From Nemertoderma westbladi (taxonomy: Eukaryota; Animalia; Xenacoelomorpha), in the NCBI GenBank assembly GCA_032718475.1, contig JAUCBJ010004961.1, positions 13,853 to 77,852 of the forward strand: 64,000 bases of DNA, written 5' to 3'. Each line of letters begins with the position of its first letter. The stretch's first letter is position 1. Shown one piece after another: positions 11,901-25,000 of this stretch. Position numbers and translations under genes: made by a program. The notes under the pieces are model-generated. The model had not been told where the DNA came from, did no database searches, and worked only from the letters and a program-made list of their open reading frames with translations.

Positions 11901-14900
11901 GCACAGAGCAAATGGAAAACTCATTTCCCCACCCACGGTGTAAGCCACAGAGCAAATGGAAAACTCATTTCACCACCCACGGTGTAAGGCACAGAGCAAA
12001 TAGAAAACTCATTTCCCACCCACGGTGTAAGGCACAGAGCAAATGGAAAACTAATTTCACCACCCACGGTGTAAGCCACAGAGCAAATGGAAAACTCATT
12101 TCCCCACCCACGGTGTAAGCCACAGAGCAAATGGAAAACTCATTTCACCACCCACGGTGTAAGCCACAGAGCAAATGGAAAACTCATTTCCCCACCCACG
12201 GTGTAAGGCACAGAGCAAATGGAAAACTCATTTCCCCACCCACGGTGTAAGGCACAGAGCAAATGGAAAACTCATTTCCCCACCCACGGTGTAAGGCACA
12301 GAGCAAATGGAAAACTCATTTCCCCACCCACGGTCTAAGGCACAGAGCAAATGGAAAACTCATTTCCCCACCCACGGTGTAAGGCACAGAGCAAATGGAA
12401 AACTTATTTCCCCACCCACGGTGTAAGGCGCAGAGCAAAAGGAAAACTCATTTCCCCACCCACGGTGTAAGGCACAGAGCAAATAGAAAACTAATTTACC
12501 CACCCACGGTGTTAGGCAGAGAGCAAATGGAAAACTCATTTCACCACCCACGGTGTAAGGCACAGAGCAAATGGAAAACTCATTTCCCCACCCACGGTGT
12601 AAGCCACAGAGCAAATGGAAAACTCATTTCACCACCCACGGTGTAAGGCACAGAGCAAATGGAAAACTCATTTCCCCACCCACGGTGTAAGCCACAGAGC
12701 AAATGGAAAACTCATTTCACCACCCACGGTGTAAGGCACAGAGCAAATAGAAAACTCATTTCCCACCCACGGTGTAAGGCACAGAGCAAATGGAAAACTA
12801 ATTTCACCACCCACGGTGTAAGCCACAGAGCAAATGGAAAACTCATTTCCCCACCCACGGTGTAAGCCGCAGAGCAAATGGAAAACTAATTTCCCCACCC
12901 ACGGTGTAAGGCACAGAGCAAATGGAAAACTCATTTCCCCACCCACGGTGTAAGGCACAGAGCAAATAGAAAACTAATTTACCCACCCACGGTGTTAGGC
13001 AGAGAGCAAATGGAAAACTCATTTCACCACCCACGGTGTAAGGCACAGAACAAATGGAAAACTCATTTCCCGACCCACGGTGTAAGGCACAGAGCAAATG
13101 GAAAACTCATTTCCCCACCCACGGTCTAAGGCACAGAGCAAATGGAAAACTCATTTCCCCACCCACGGTGTAAGGCAGAGAGCAAATGGAAAACTCATTT
13201 ACCCACCCACGGTGTAAGGCACAGAGCAAATGGAAAACTCATTTCCCCACCCACGGTCTAAGGCACAGAGCAAATGGAAAACTCATTTCCCCACCCACGG
13301 TGTAAGGCACAGAGCAAATGGAAAACTAATTTCCCCACCCACGGTGTAAGGCACAGAGCAAATGGAAAACTCATTTCCCCACCCACGGTGTAAGGCAGAG
13401 AGCAAATGGAAAACTCATTTACCCACCCACGGTGTAAGGCACAGAGCAAATGGAAAACTCATTTCCCCACCCACGGTGTAAGGCACAGAGCAAATGGAAA
13501 ACTCATTTCCCCACCCACGGTCTAAGGCACAGAGCAAATGGAAAACTCATTTCCCCACCCACGGTGTAAGGCACAGAGCAAATGGAAAACTAATTTCCCC
13601 ACCCACGGTGTAAGGCACAGAGCAAATGGAAAACTCATTTCCCCACCCATGGTGTAAGGCACAGAACAAATGGAAAACTCATTTCCCGACCCACGGTGTA
13701 AGGCACAGAGCAAATGGAAAACTCATTTCCCCACCCACGGTCTAAGGCACAGAGCAAATGGAAAACTCATTTCCCCACCCACGGTGTAAGGCAGAGAGCA
13801 AATGGAAAACTAATTTCCCCACCCACGGTGTAAGGCACAGAGCAAATGGAAAACTCATTTCCCCACCCACGGTGTAAGGCAGAGAGCAAATGGAAAACTC
13901 ATTTCCCCACCCACGGTGTAAGCCGCAGAGCAAATGGAAAACTCATTTCCCCACCCACGGTGTAAGGCACAGAGCAAATGGAAAACTCATTGCCCTACCC
14001 ACGGTGTAAGGCACAGAGCAAATGGAAAACTCATTTCCCCACCCACGGTGTAAGGCACAGAGCAAATAGAAAACTAATTTCCCCACCCACGGTCTAAGGC
14101 ACAGAGCAAATGGAAAACTCATTTCCCACCCACGGTGTAAGGCACAGAGCAAATGGAAAACTCATTTCCCCACCCACGGTGTAAGCCGCAGAGCAAATAG
14201 AAAACTAATTTCCCCACCCACGGTCTAAGGCACAGAGCAAATGGAAAACTCATTTCCCCACCCACGGTCTAAGGCACAGAGCAAATGGAAAACTCATTTC
14301 CCCACCCACGGTGTAAGGCACAGAGCAAATGGAAAACTCATTTCCCCACCCACGGTGTAAGGCACAGAGCAAATGGAAAACTCATTTCCCCACCCACGGT
14401 GTTAGGCAGAGAGCAAATGGAAAACTAATTTACCCACCCACGGTGTAAGGCACAGAGCAAATGGAAAACTCATTTCCCCACCCACGGTGTAAGGCACAGA
14501 GCAAATGGAAAACTCATTTCCCCACCCACGGTGTAAGCCGCAGAGCAAATAGAAATCTAATTTCCCCACCCACGGTCTAAGGCACAGAGCAAATGGAAAA
14601 CTCATTTCCCCACCCATGGTGTAAGGCACAGAGCAAGTAGAAAACTAATTTCCCCACCCACGGTGTAAGGCACAGAGCAAATGGAAAACTAATTTACCCA
14701 CCCACGGTGTAAGCCGCAGAGCAAATAGAAAACTAATTTCCCCACCCACGGTCTAAGGCACAGAGCAAATGGAAAACTAATTTCCCCACCCACGGTCTAA
14801 GGCACAGAGCAAATGGAAAACTCATTTCCCCACCCACGGTGTAAGCCGCAGAGCAAATGGAAAACTCATTTCCCCACCCACGGTGTAAGGCACAGAGCAA

Positions 14901-17900
14901 ATAGAAAACTCATTTCCCCACCCACGGTGTAAGGCACAGAGCAAATAGAAAACTAATTTCCCCACCCACGGTGTTAGGCAGAGAGCAAATGGAAAACTCA
15001 TTTCCCCACCCACGGTGTAAGGCACAGAGCAAATGGAAAACTCATTTCCCCACCCACGGTGTAAGCCGCAGAGCAAATGGAAAACTCATTTCCCCACCCA
15101 CGGTGTAAGGCACAGAGCAAATGGAAAACTCATTTCCCCACCCACGGTGTAAGGCACAGAGCAAATAGAAAACTAATTTCCCCACCCACGGTGTTAGGCA
15201 GAGAGCAAATGGAAAACTCATTTCCCCACCCACGGTGTAAGGCACAGAGCAAATGGAAAACTCATTTCCCCACCCACGGTGTAAGCCGCAGAGCAAATGG
15301 AAAACTAATTTCCCCACCCACGGTGTAAGGCACAGAGCAAATGGAAAACTCATTTCCCCACCCACGGTGTAAGGCACAGAGCAAATAGAAAACTAATTTA
15401 CCCACCCACGGTGTTAGGCAGAGAGCAAATGGAAAACTCATTTCACCACCCACGGTGTAAGGCACAGAGCAAATGGAAAACTCATTTCCCCACCCACGGT
15501 GTAAGCCACAGAGCAAATGGAAAACTCATTTCACCACCCACGGTGTAAGGCACAGAGCAAATGGAAAACTCATTTCCCCACCCACGGTGTAAGCCACAGA
15601 GCAAATGGAAAACTCATTTCACCACCCACGGTGTAAGGCACAGAGCAAATAGAAAACTCATTTCCCACCCACGGTGTAAGGCACAGAGCAAATGGAAAAC
15701 TAATTTCACCACCCACGGTGTAAGCCACAGAGCAAATGGAAAACTCATTTCCCCACCCACGGTGTAAGCCACAGAGCAAATGGAAAACTCATTTCACCAC
15801 CCACGGTGTAAGCCACAGAGCAAATGGAAAACTCATTTCCCCACCCACGGTGTAAGGCACAGAGCAAATGGAAAACTCATTTCCCCACCCACGGTGTAAG
15901 GCACAGAGCAAATGGAAAACTCATTTCCCCACCCACGGTGTAAGGCACAGAGCAAATGGAAAACTCATTTCCCCACCCACGGTCTAAGGCACAGAGCAAA
16001 TGGAAAACTCATTTCCCCACCCACGGTGTAAGGCACAGAGCAAATGGAAAACTTATTTCCCCACCCACGGTGTAAGGCGCAGAGCAAAAGGAAAACTCAT
16101 TTCCCCACCCACGGTGTAAGGCACAGAGCAAATAGAAAACTAATTTACCCACCCACGGTGTTAGGCAGAGAGCAAATGGAAAACTCATTTCACCACCCAC
16201 GGTGTAAGGCACAGAGCAAATGGAAAACTCATTTCCCCACCCACGGTGTAAGCCACAGAGCAAATGGAAAACTCATTTCACCACCCACGGTGTAAGGCAC
16301 AGAGCAAATGGAAAACTCATTTCCCCACCCACGGTGTAAGCCACAGAGCAAATGGAAAACTCATTTCACCACCCACGGTGTAAGGCACAGAGCAAATAGA
16401 AAACTCATTTCCCACCCACGGTGTAAGGCACAGAGCAAATGGAAAACTAATTTCACCACCCACGGTGTAAGCCACAGAGCAAATGGAAAACTCATTTCCC
16501 CACCCACGGTGTAAGCCACAGAGCAAATGGAAAACTCATTTCACCACCCACGGTGTAAGCCACAGAGCAAATGGAAAACTCATTTCCCCACCCACGGTGT
16601 AAGGCACAGAGCAAATGGAAAACTCATTTCCCCACCCACGGTGTAAGGCACAGAGCAAATGGAAAACTCATTTCCCCACCCACGGTGTAAGGCACAGAGC
16701 AAATGGAAAACTCATTTCCCCACCCACGGTCTAAGGCACAGAGCAAATGGAAAACTCATTTCCCCACCCACGGTGTAAGGCACAGAGCAAATGGAAAACT
16801 CATTTCCCCACCCACGGTGTAAGCCGCAGAGCAAATGGAAAACTAATTTCCCCACCCACGGTGTAAGGCGCAGAGCAAATGGAAAACTCATTTCCCCACC
16901 CACGGTCTAAGGCACAGAGCAAATGGAAAACTCATTTCCCCACCCACGGTGTAAGCCGCAGAGCAAATGGAAAACTAATTTCCCCACCCACGGTGTAAGC
17001 CGCAGAGCAAATGGAAAACTAATTTCCCCACCCACGGTGTAAGCCGCAGAGCAAATGGAAAACTCATTTCCCCACCCACGGTGTAAGGCGCAGAGCAAAT
17101 GGAAAACTCATTTCCCCACCCACGGTGTAAGGCAGAGAGCAAAAGGAAAACTCATTTCCCCACCCACGGTGTAAGGCACAGAGCAAATGGAAAACTAATT
17201 TCCCCACCCACGGTGTAAGGCACAGAGCAAATGGAAAACTCATTTCCCCACCCACGGTCTAAGGCACAGAGCAAATGGAAAACTCATTTCCCCACCCACG
17301 GTGTAAGGCACAGAGCAAATGGAAAACTTATTTCCCCACCCACGGTGTAAGGCACAGAGCAAATGGAAAACTAATTTCCCCACCCACGGTCTAAGGCACA
17401 GAGCAAATGGAAAACTCATTTCCCCACCCACGGTGTAAGGCACAGAGCAAATGGAAAACTCATTTCCCCACCCACGGTGTAAGGCACAGAGCAAATGGAA
17501 AACTAATTTCCCCACCCACGGTCTAAGGCACAGAGCAAATGGAAAACTCATTTCCCCACCCACGGTGTAAGGCACAGAGCAAATGGAAAACTCATTTCCC
17601 CACCCACGGTGTAAGCCGCAGAGCAAATGGAAAACTAATTTCCCCACCCACGGTGTAAGGCGCAGAGCAAATGGAAAACTCATTTCCCCACCCACGGTGT
17701 AAGGCAGAGAGCAAAAGGAAAACTCATTTCCCCACCCACGGTGTAAGGCACAGAGCAAATGGAAAACTCATTTCCCCACCCACGGTGTAAGGCACAGAGC
17801 AAATGGAAAACTTATTTCCCCACCCACGGTGTAAGGCGCAGAGCAAATGGAAAACTCATTTCCCCACCCACGGTCTAAGGCACAGAGCAAATGGAAAACT

Positions 17901-20900
17901 AATTTCCCGACCCACGCTGTAAGGCACAGAGCAAATGGAAAACTCATTTCCCCACCCACGGTCTAAGGCACAGAGCAAATGGAAAACTAATTTCCCGACC
18001 CACGGTGTAAGGCACAGAGCAAATGGAAAACTCATTTCCCCACCCACGGTCTAAGGCACAGAGCAAATGGAAAACTAATTTCCCGACCCACGCTGTAAGG
18101 CACAGAGCAAATGGAAAACTCATTTCACCACCCACGGTGTAAGGCACAGAGCAAATGGAAAACTCATTGCCCCACCCACGGTGTAAGGCACAGAGCAAAT
18201 GGAAAACTCATTTCCCCACCCACGGTGTAAGGCACAGAGCAAATGGAAAACTAATTTACCCACCCACGGTGTAAGGCAGAGAGCAAATGGAAAACTCATT
18301 TCCCCACCCACGGTGTAAGGCACAGAGCAAATAGAAAACTAATTTCCCCACCCACGGTGTAAGGCACAGAGCAAATGGAAAACTTATTTCCCCACCCACG
18401 GTGTAAGGCACAGAGCAAATGGAAAACTAATTTACCCACCCACGGTGTAAGGCACAGAGCAAATAGAAAACTCATTTCCCCACCCACGGTGTAAGGCACA
18501 GAGCAAATGGAAAACTAATTTACCCACCCACGGTGTAAGGCAGAGAGCAAATGGAAAACTCATTTCCCCACCCACGGTGTAAGGCACAGAGCAAATAGAA
18601 AACTAATTTACCCACCCACGGTGTAAGGCACAGAGCAAATGGAAAACTCATTTCCCACCCACGGTGTAAGGCACAGAGCAAATAGAAAACTAATTTCCCC
18701 ACCCACGGTGTAAGGCACAGAGCAAATGGAAAACTTATTTCCCCACCCACGGTGTAAGGCACAGAGCAAATGGAAAACTTATTTCCCCACCCACGGTGTA
18801 AGGCGCAGAGCAAATGGAAAACTCATTTACCCACCCACGGTGTAAGGCACAGAGCAAATAGAAAACTAATTTCCCCACCCACGGTGTAAGCCGCAGAGCA
18901 AATGGAAAACTCATTTCCCCACCCACGGTGTTAGGCAGAGAGCAAATGGAAAACTCATTTCACCACCCACGGTGTAAGGCACAGAGCAAATGGAAAACTC
19001 ATTTCCCCACCCACGGTGTAAGCCGCAGAGCAAATGGAAAACTCATTTCCCCACCCACGGTGTAAGCCGCAGAGCAAATGGAAAACTCATTTCCCCACCC
19101 ACGGTGTAAGCCGCAGAGCAAATGGAAAACTCATTTCCCCACCCACGGTGTTAGGCAGAGAGCAAATGGAAAACTCATTTCCCCACCCACGGTGTTAGGC
19201 AGAGAGCAAATGGAAAACTCATTTCACCACCCACGGTGTAAGGCACAGAGCAAATGGAAAACTCATTTCCCCACCCACGGTGTAAGGCACAGAGCAAATG
19301 GAAAACTCATTTCACCACCCACGGTGTAAGGCACAGAGCAAATGGAAAACTCATTTCCCCACCCACGGTGTAAGGCACAGAGCAAATGGAAAACTCATTT
19401 CCCCACCCACGGTGTAAGCCGCAGAGCAAATGGAAAACTCATTTCCCCACCCACGGTGTAAGGCACAGAGCAAATGGAAAACTCATTTCCCCACCCACGG
19501 TGTAAGCCGCAGAGCAAATGGAAAACTCATTTCACCACCCACGGTGTAAGGCGCAGAGCAAATGGAAAACTCATTTCCCCACCCACGGTGTAAGCCGCAG
19601 AGCAAATGGAAAACTCATTTCCCCACCCACGGTGTAAGGCACAGAGCAAATGGAAAACTCATTGCCCCACCCACGGTGTAAGGCACAGAGCAAATGGAAA
19701 ACTCATTTCACCACCCACGGTGTAAGGCACAGAGCAAATGGAAAACTCATTTCCCCACCCACGGTGTAAGGCACAGAGCAAATGGAAAACTCATTTCCCC
19801 ACCCACGGTGTAAGCCGCAGAGCAAATGGAAAACTCATTTCACCACCCACGGTGTAAGGCACAGAGCAAATGGAAAACTCATTTCCCCACCCACGGTGTA
19901 AGGCACAGAGCAAATGGAAAACTCATTTCCCCACCCACGGTGTAAGCCGCAGAGCAAATGGAAAACTCATTTCCCCACCCACGGTGTAAGGCACAGAGCA
20001 AATGGAAAACTCATTTCCCCACCCACGGTGTAAGGCACAGAGCAAATGGAAAACTAATTTCCCCACCCACGGTGTAAGGCACAGAGCAAATGGAAAACTC
20101 ATTTCACCACCCACGGTGTAAGGCACAGAGCAAATGGAAAACTCATTTCCCCACCCACGGTGTAAGGCACAGAGCAAATGGAAAACTCATTTCCCCACCC
20201 ACGGTGTAAGGCACAGAGCAAATGAAAAACTCATTTCCCCACCCACGGTGTAAGGCACAGAGCAAATGGAAAACTCATTTCCCACCCACGGTGTAAGGCA
20301 CAGAGCAAATGGAAAACTCATTTCCCCACCCACGGTCTAAGGCACAGAGCAAATGGAAAACTCATTTCCCCACCCACGGTGTAAGGCACAGAGCAAATGG
20401 AAAACTCATTTCCCCACCCACGGTGTAAGGCACAGAGCAAATGGAAAACTCATTTCCCCACCCACGGTCTAAGGCACAGAGCAAATGGAAAACTCATTTC
20501 CCCACCCACGGTGTAAGGCAGAGAGCAAATGGAAAACTCATTTCCCCACCCACGGTGTAAGGCACAGAGCAAATGGAAAACTCATTTCCCCACCCACGGT
20601 GTAAGGCACAGAGCAAATGGAAAACTCATTTCCCCACGCACGGTGTAAGGCACAGAGCAAATGGAAAACTCATTTCCCCACCCACGGTGTAAGCCGCAGA
20701 GCAAATGGAAAACTAATTGCCCCACCCACGGTGTAAGGCACAGAGCAAATAGAAAACTCATTTCCCCACCCACGGTGTAAGGCAGAGAGCAAATGGAAAA
20801 CTCATTTCCCCACCCACGGTGTAAGGCACAGAGCAAATGGAAAACTCATTTCCCCACCCACGGTGTAAGGCACAGAGCAAATGGAAAACTCATTTCCCCA

Positions 20901-20993
20901 CGCACGGTGTAAGGCACAGAGCAAATGGAAAACTCATTTCCCCACCCACGGTGTAAGCCGCAGAGCAAATGGAAAACTCATTTCCCCACCCAC
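2921..20993 (+). repeat. 44-bp satellite array, left arm (~410 monomers)
   Basis: Continuous head-to-tail ACGGTGTAAGGCACAGAGCAAATGGAAAACTCATTTCCCCACCC, mostly 0-3 differences per monomer, with occasional 43- and 45-bp units. Confidence 0.99.
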
Positions 20994-22036
20994 TACTACT
21001 ACTAGGATCGGCATGCTGCATTGCAGCTGCATTTTTAAGAATGCTGTGCCGGCTTGTCAACAAAATTGCACCGCCACAACTCCCTATCACCCATGACATT
21101 TGCTAGATCACCCGCATCTTTAAGGCCAGTGTCCTTTAAGATGCGTCTCAAGAAAGTCATGGGCTGTCCACCATGCTTATTCACTCCATGAGGCTGCCAA
21201 AGTACAAGATTATGCACTGGCTGGTCCTCACGGCGAAAGCAATGTCCTGCAAAGCGGAGGCGATTTTGTTCTAGTGTAAAGCTTGGGGGAACCAATGAGA
21301 CACCTCCAATGTTATATAGTGTCTGGTTGGAGATGTGTGCATTGTACTTGACACAATGAACCCGGCGTAGCATTCTTGTGAATGTGCCATCCAGAGATTT
21401 GGTGTCCTCAGCAGTTAGAGCCCAGCATGGACTCCCGTAGAGGAGTACTGGAACTACTGCTGCTCTAAATAATCGGACCTTAAGTTTCCGATTAATTCTC
21501 GGTGACTTCCAAATCCTGGAAAGCCTATTCAAGGCTGCCCATGCCTTTCCCTTACGTATTCGAAGGTCCTCACCTGACTTCCGGATCCATGATCCCAGGT
21601 AACAGAAGTCGTCGACATGCTCAAGCATACCATCCTTTGAGCTTATGCTCATCCGATCACAGACTTGCTGAGGACTTTCAAAGTTAACTGTCAGAATTTT
21701 GGTCTTTCTGGAGTTAATAAAAAGACCAACACTAGAAGCAGCATGTTCTAATGAGCTGAGGAGCCGTTGGGCTCCCTCTAATGATTCTGAGAGTACTCCT
21801 AAGTCATCAGCAAAGTCTAGATCAGTTAGGTACTTGGCAGGATTTCCTCGACTTCTGGAGCCAGTAGGTGGAGTTATCATCACCCCATCATCATTATGCT
21901 GATCTAAGGACATGCGTAGAACATAGTCAACCACAATAATGAATAAGAATGGTGCAAGTGTGTCTCCTTGGAGGACGCCCCATAACACTTCAAATGGTTC
22001 TGTGTCACCGTCAACAGTAGACACAAATGTTGTCGA
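20992..22036 (-). mobile_element. 5'-truncated non-LTR retrotransposon (RTE clade) inserted in the satellite
   Basis: RT C-terminal ORF, ~30-nt 3' UTR with a GCTGCA-A-TGCAGC inverted repeat, and a (TAG)4 tail (CTA x4 at 20993-21004 on +). The satellite resumes in register at 22037. Confidence 0.95.
21035..22036 (-). CDS. Partial reverse transcriptase ORF of an RTE-like LINE (333 aa, N-terminally truncated)
   Basis: Motifs GVLQGDTLAPFLF, DLDFADD, GLFINSRKTK, FCYLGS, then the RTE-type C-terminus RKGKAWAAL..IWKS..KLKVRLF..VLLYGS..W and RLRFAGHC. No stops or frameshifts. The first 7 aa of the listed ORF (MLSALHR) are satellite-derived. Confidence 0.95.
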   Translation of the reverse strand, partial: STTFVSTVDGDTEPFEVLWGVLQGDTLAPFLFIIVVDYVLRMSLDQHNDDGVMITPPTGSRSRGNPAKYLTDLDFADDLGVLSESLEGAQRLLSSLEHAASSVGLFINSRKTKILTVNFESPQQVCDRMSISSKDGMLEHVDDFCYLGSWIRKSGEDLRIRKGKAWAALNRLSRIWKSPRINRKLKVRLFRAAVVPVLLYGSPCWALTAEDTKSLDGTFTRMLRRVHCVKYNAHISNQTLYNIGGVSLVPPSFTLEQNRLRFAGHCFRREDQPVHNLVLWQPHGVNKHGGQPMTFLRRILKDTGLKDAGDLANVMGDRELWRCNFVDKPAQHS

Positions 22037-25000
22037 ACGGTGTAAGGCAGAGAGCAAATGGAAAACTCATTTCCCCACCCACGGTGTAAGGCACAGAGCA
22101 AATGGAAAACTCATTTCCCCACCCACGGTGTAAGCCGCAGAGCAAATGGAAAACTCATTTCCCCACCCACGGTGTAAGGCAGAGAGCAAATGGAAAACTC
22201 ATTTCCCCACCCACGGTGTAAGGCACAGAGCAAATGGAAAACTCATTTCCCCACCCACGGTGTAAGGCACAGAGCAAATGGAAAACTCATTTCCCCACCC
22301 ACGGTGTAAGGCGCAGAGCAAATGGAAAACTCATTTCCCCACCCACGGTGTAAGCCGCAGAGCAAATGGAAAACTCATTTCCCCACCCACGGTGTAAGGC
22401 ACAGAGCAAATGGAAAACTCATTTCCCGACCCACGGTGTAAGGCACAGAGCAAATGGAAAACTCATTTCCCCACCCACGGTGTAAGGCACAGAGCAAATG
22501 GAAAACTCATTTCCCCACCCACGGTGTAAGGCACAGAGCAAATGGAAAACTAATTTCACCACCCACGGTGTAAGGCAGAGAGCAAATGGAAAACTCATTT
22601 CCCCACCCACGGTGTAAGGCGCAGAGCAAAAGGAAAACTCATTTCCCAACCCACGGTGTAAGGCGCAGAGCAAATGGAAAACTCATTTCCCCACCCACGG
22701 TGTAAGGCAGAGAGCAAATGGAAAACTCATTTCCCCACCCACGGTGTAAGGCGCAGAGCAAAAGGAAAACTCATTTCCCAACCCACGGTGTAAGGCGCAG
22801 AGCAAATGGAAAACTAATTTCCCCACCCACGGTGTAAGGCACAGAGCAAATGGAAAACTCATTTCCCCACCCACGGTGTAAGGCAGAGAGCAAATGGAAA
22901 ACTAATTTCCCCACCCACGGTGTAAGGCGCAGAGCAAATGGAAAACTCATTTCCCCACCCACGGTGTAAGGCGCAGAGCAAATGGAAAACTCATTTCCCC
23001 ACCCATGGTGTAAGGCAGAGAGCAAATGGAAAACTCATTTCCCCACCCACGGTGTAAGGCACAGAGCAAATGGAAAACTCATTTCCCCACCCACGGTGTA
23101 AGGCACAGAGCAAATGGAAAACTCATTTCCCCACCCACGGTGTAAGGCAGAGAGCAAATGGAAAACTAATTTCCCCACCCACGGTGTAAGGCACAGAGCA
23201 AATGGAAAACTCATTTCCCCACCCACGGTGTAAGGCACAGAGCAAATGGAAAACTCATTTCCCCACCCACGGTGTAAGCCGCAGAGCAAATGGAAAACTC
23301 ATTTCCCCACCCACGGTGTAAGCCGCAGAGCAAATGGAAAACTAATTTCCCCACCCACGGTGTAAGCCGCAGAGCAAATGGAAAACTCATTTCCCCACCC
23401 ACGGTCTAAGGCACAGAGCAAATGGAAAACTCATTTCCCCACCCACGGTGTAAGCCGCAGAGCAAATGGAAAACTCATTTCCCCACCCACGGTCTAAGGC
23501 ACAGAGCAAATGGAAAACTCATTTCCCCACCCACGGTGTAAGGCACAGAGCAAATAGAAAACTCATTTCCCCACCCACGGTGTAAGCCGCAGAGCAAATG
23601 GAAAACTCATTTCCCCACCCACGGTCTAAGGCACAGAGCAAATGGAAAACTCATTTCCCCACCCACGGTGTAAGCCGCAGAGCAAATGGAAAACTCATTT
23701 CCCCACCCACGGTGTAAGGCACAGAGCAAATGGAAAACTCATTTCCCCACCCACGGTGTAAGCCGCAGAGCAAATGGAAAACTCATTTCCCCACCCACGG
23801 TCTAAGGCACAGAGCAAATGGAAAACTCATTTCCCCACCCACGGTGTAAGCCGCAGAGCAAATGGAAAACTCATTTCCCCACCCACGGTCTAAGGCACAG
23901 AGCAAATGGAAAACTCATTTCCCCACCCACGGTGTAAGCCGCAGAGCAAATGGAAAACTCATTTCCCCACCCACGGTGTAAGGCACAGAGCAAATGGAAA
24001 ACTCATTTCCCCACCCACGGTGTAAGCCGCAGAGCAAATGGAAAACTAATTTCCCCACCCACGGTGTAAGGCGCAGAGCAAAAGGAAAACTCATTTCCCC
24101 ACCCACGGTGTAAGGCAGAGAGCAAATAGAAAACTCATTTCCCCACCCACGGTGTGAGGCACAGAGCAAATGGAAAACTAATTTCCCCACCCACGGTCTA
24201 AGGCACAGAGCAAATGGAAAACTCATTTCCCCACCCACGGTGTAAGGCAGAGAGCAAATAGAAAACTCATTTCCCCACCCACGGTGTAAGGCACAGAGCA
24301 AATGGAAAACTCATTTCCCCACCCACGGTGTAAGCCGCAGAGCAAATGGAAAACTCATTTCCCCACCCACGGTCTAAGGCACAGAGCAAATGGAAAACTC
24401 ATTTCCCCACCCACGGTGTAAGCCGCAGAGCAAATGGAAAACTCATTTCCCCACCCACGGTGTAAGGCACAGAGCAAATGGAAAACTCATTTCCCCACCC
24501 ACGGTGTAAGCCGCAGAGCAAATGGAAAACTCATTTCCCCACCCACGGTGTAAGGCAGAGAGCAAATGGAAAACTCATTTCCCCACCCACGGTGTAAGGC
24601 ACAGAGCAAATGGAAAACTCATTTCCCCACCCACGGTGTAAGGCACAGAGCAAATGGAAAACTAATTTCCCCACCCACGGTGTAAGGCACAGAGCAAATG
24701 GAAAACTAATTTCCCCACCCACGGTGTAAGGCACAGAGCAAATGGAAAACTAATTTTCCCACCCACGGTGTAAGGCGCAGAGCAAAAGGAAAACTCATTT
24801 CCCCACCCATGGTGTAAGGCACAGAGCAAATGGAAAACTAATTTCCCCACCCACGGTGTAAGGCACAGAGCAAATGGAAAACTAATTTCCCCACCCACGG
24901 TGTAAGGCACAGAGCAAATGGAAAACTAATTTTCCCACCCACGGTGTAAGGCACAGAGCAAATGGAAAACTAATTTCCCCACCCACGGTGTAAGGCACAG

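Noticed and set aside
21502-22133. Overlapping ORFs on the LINE and the apparent satellite-RT fusion start at 22057
   Set aside because: Shadow frames of the RT. The fusion starts at a TTG in satellite and lacks the N-terminal RT and endonuclease domains.
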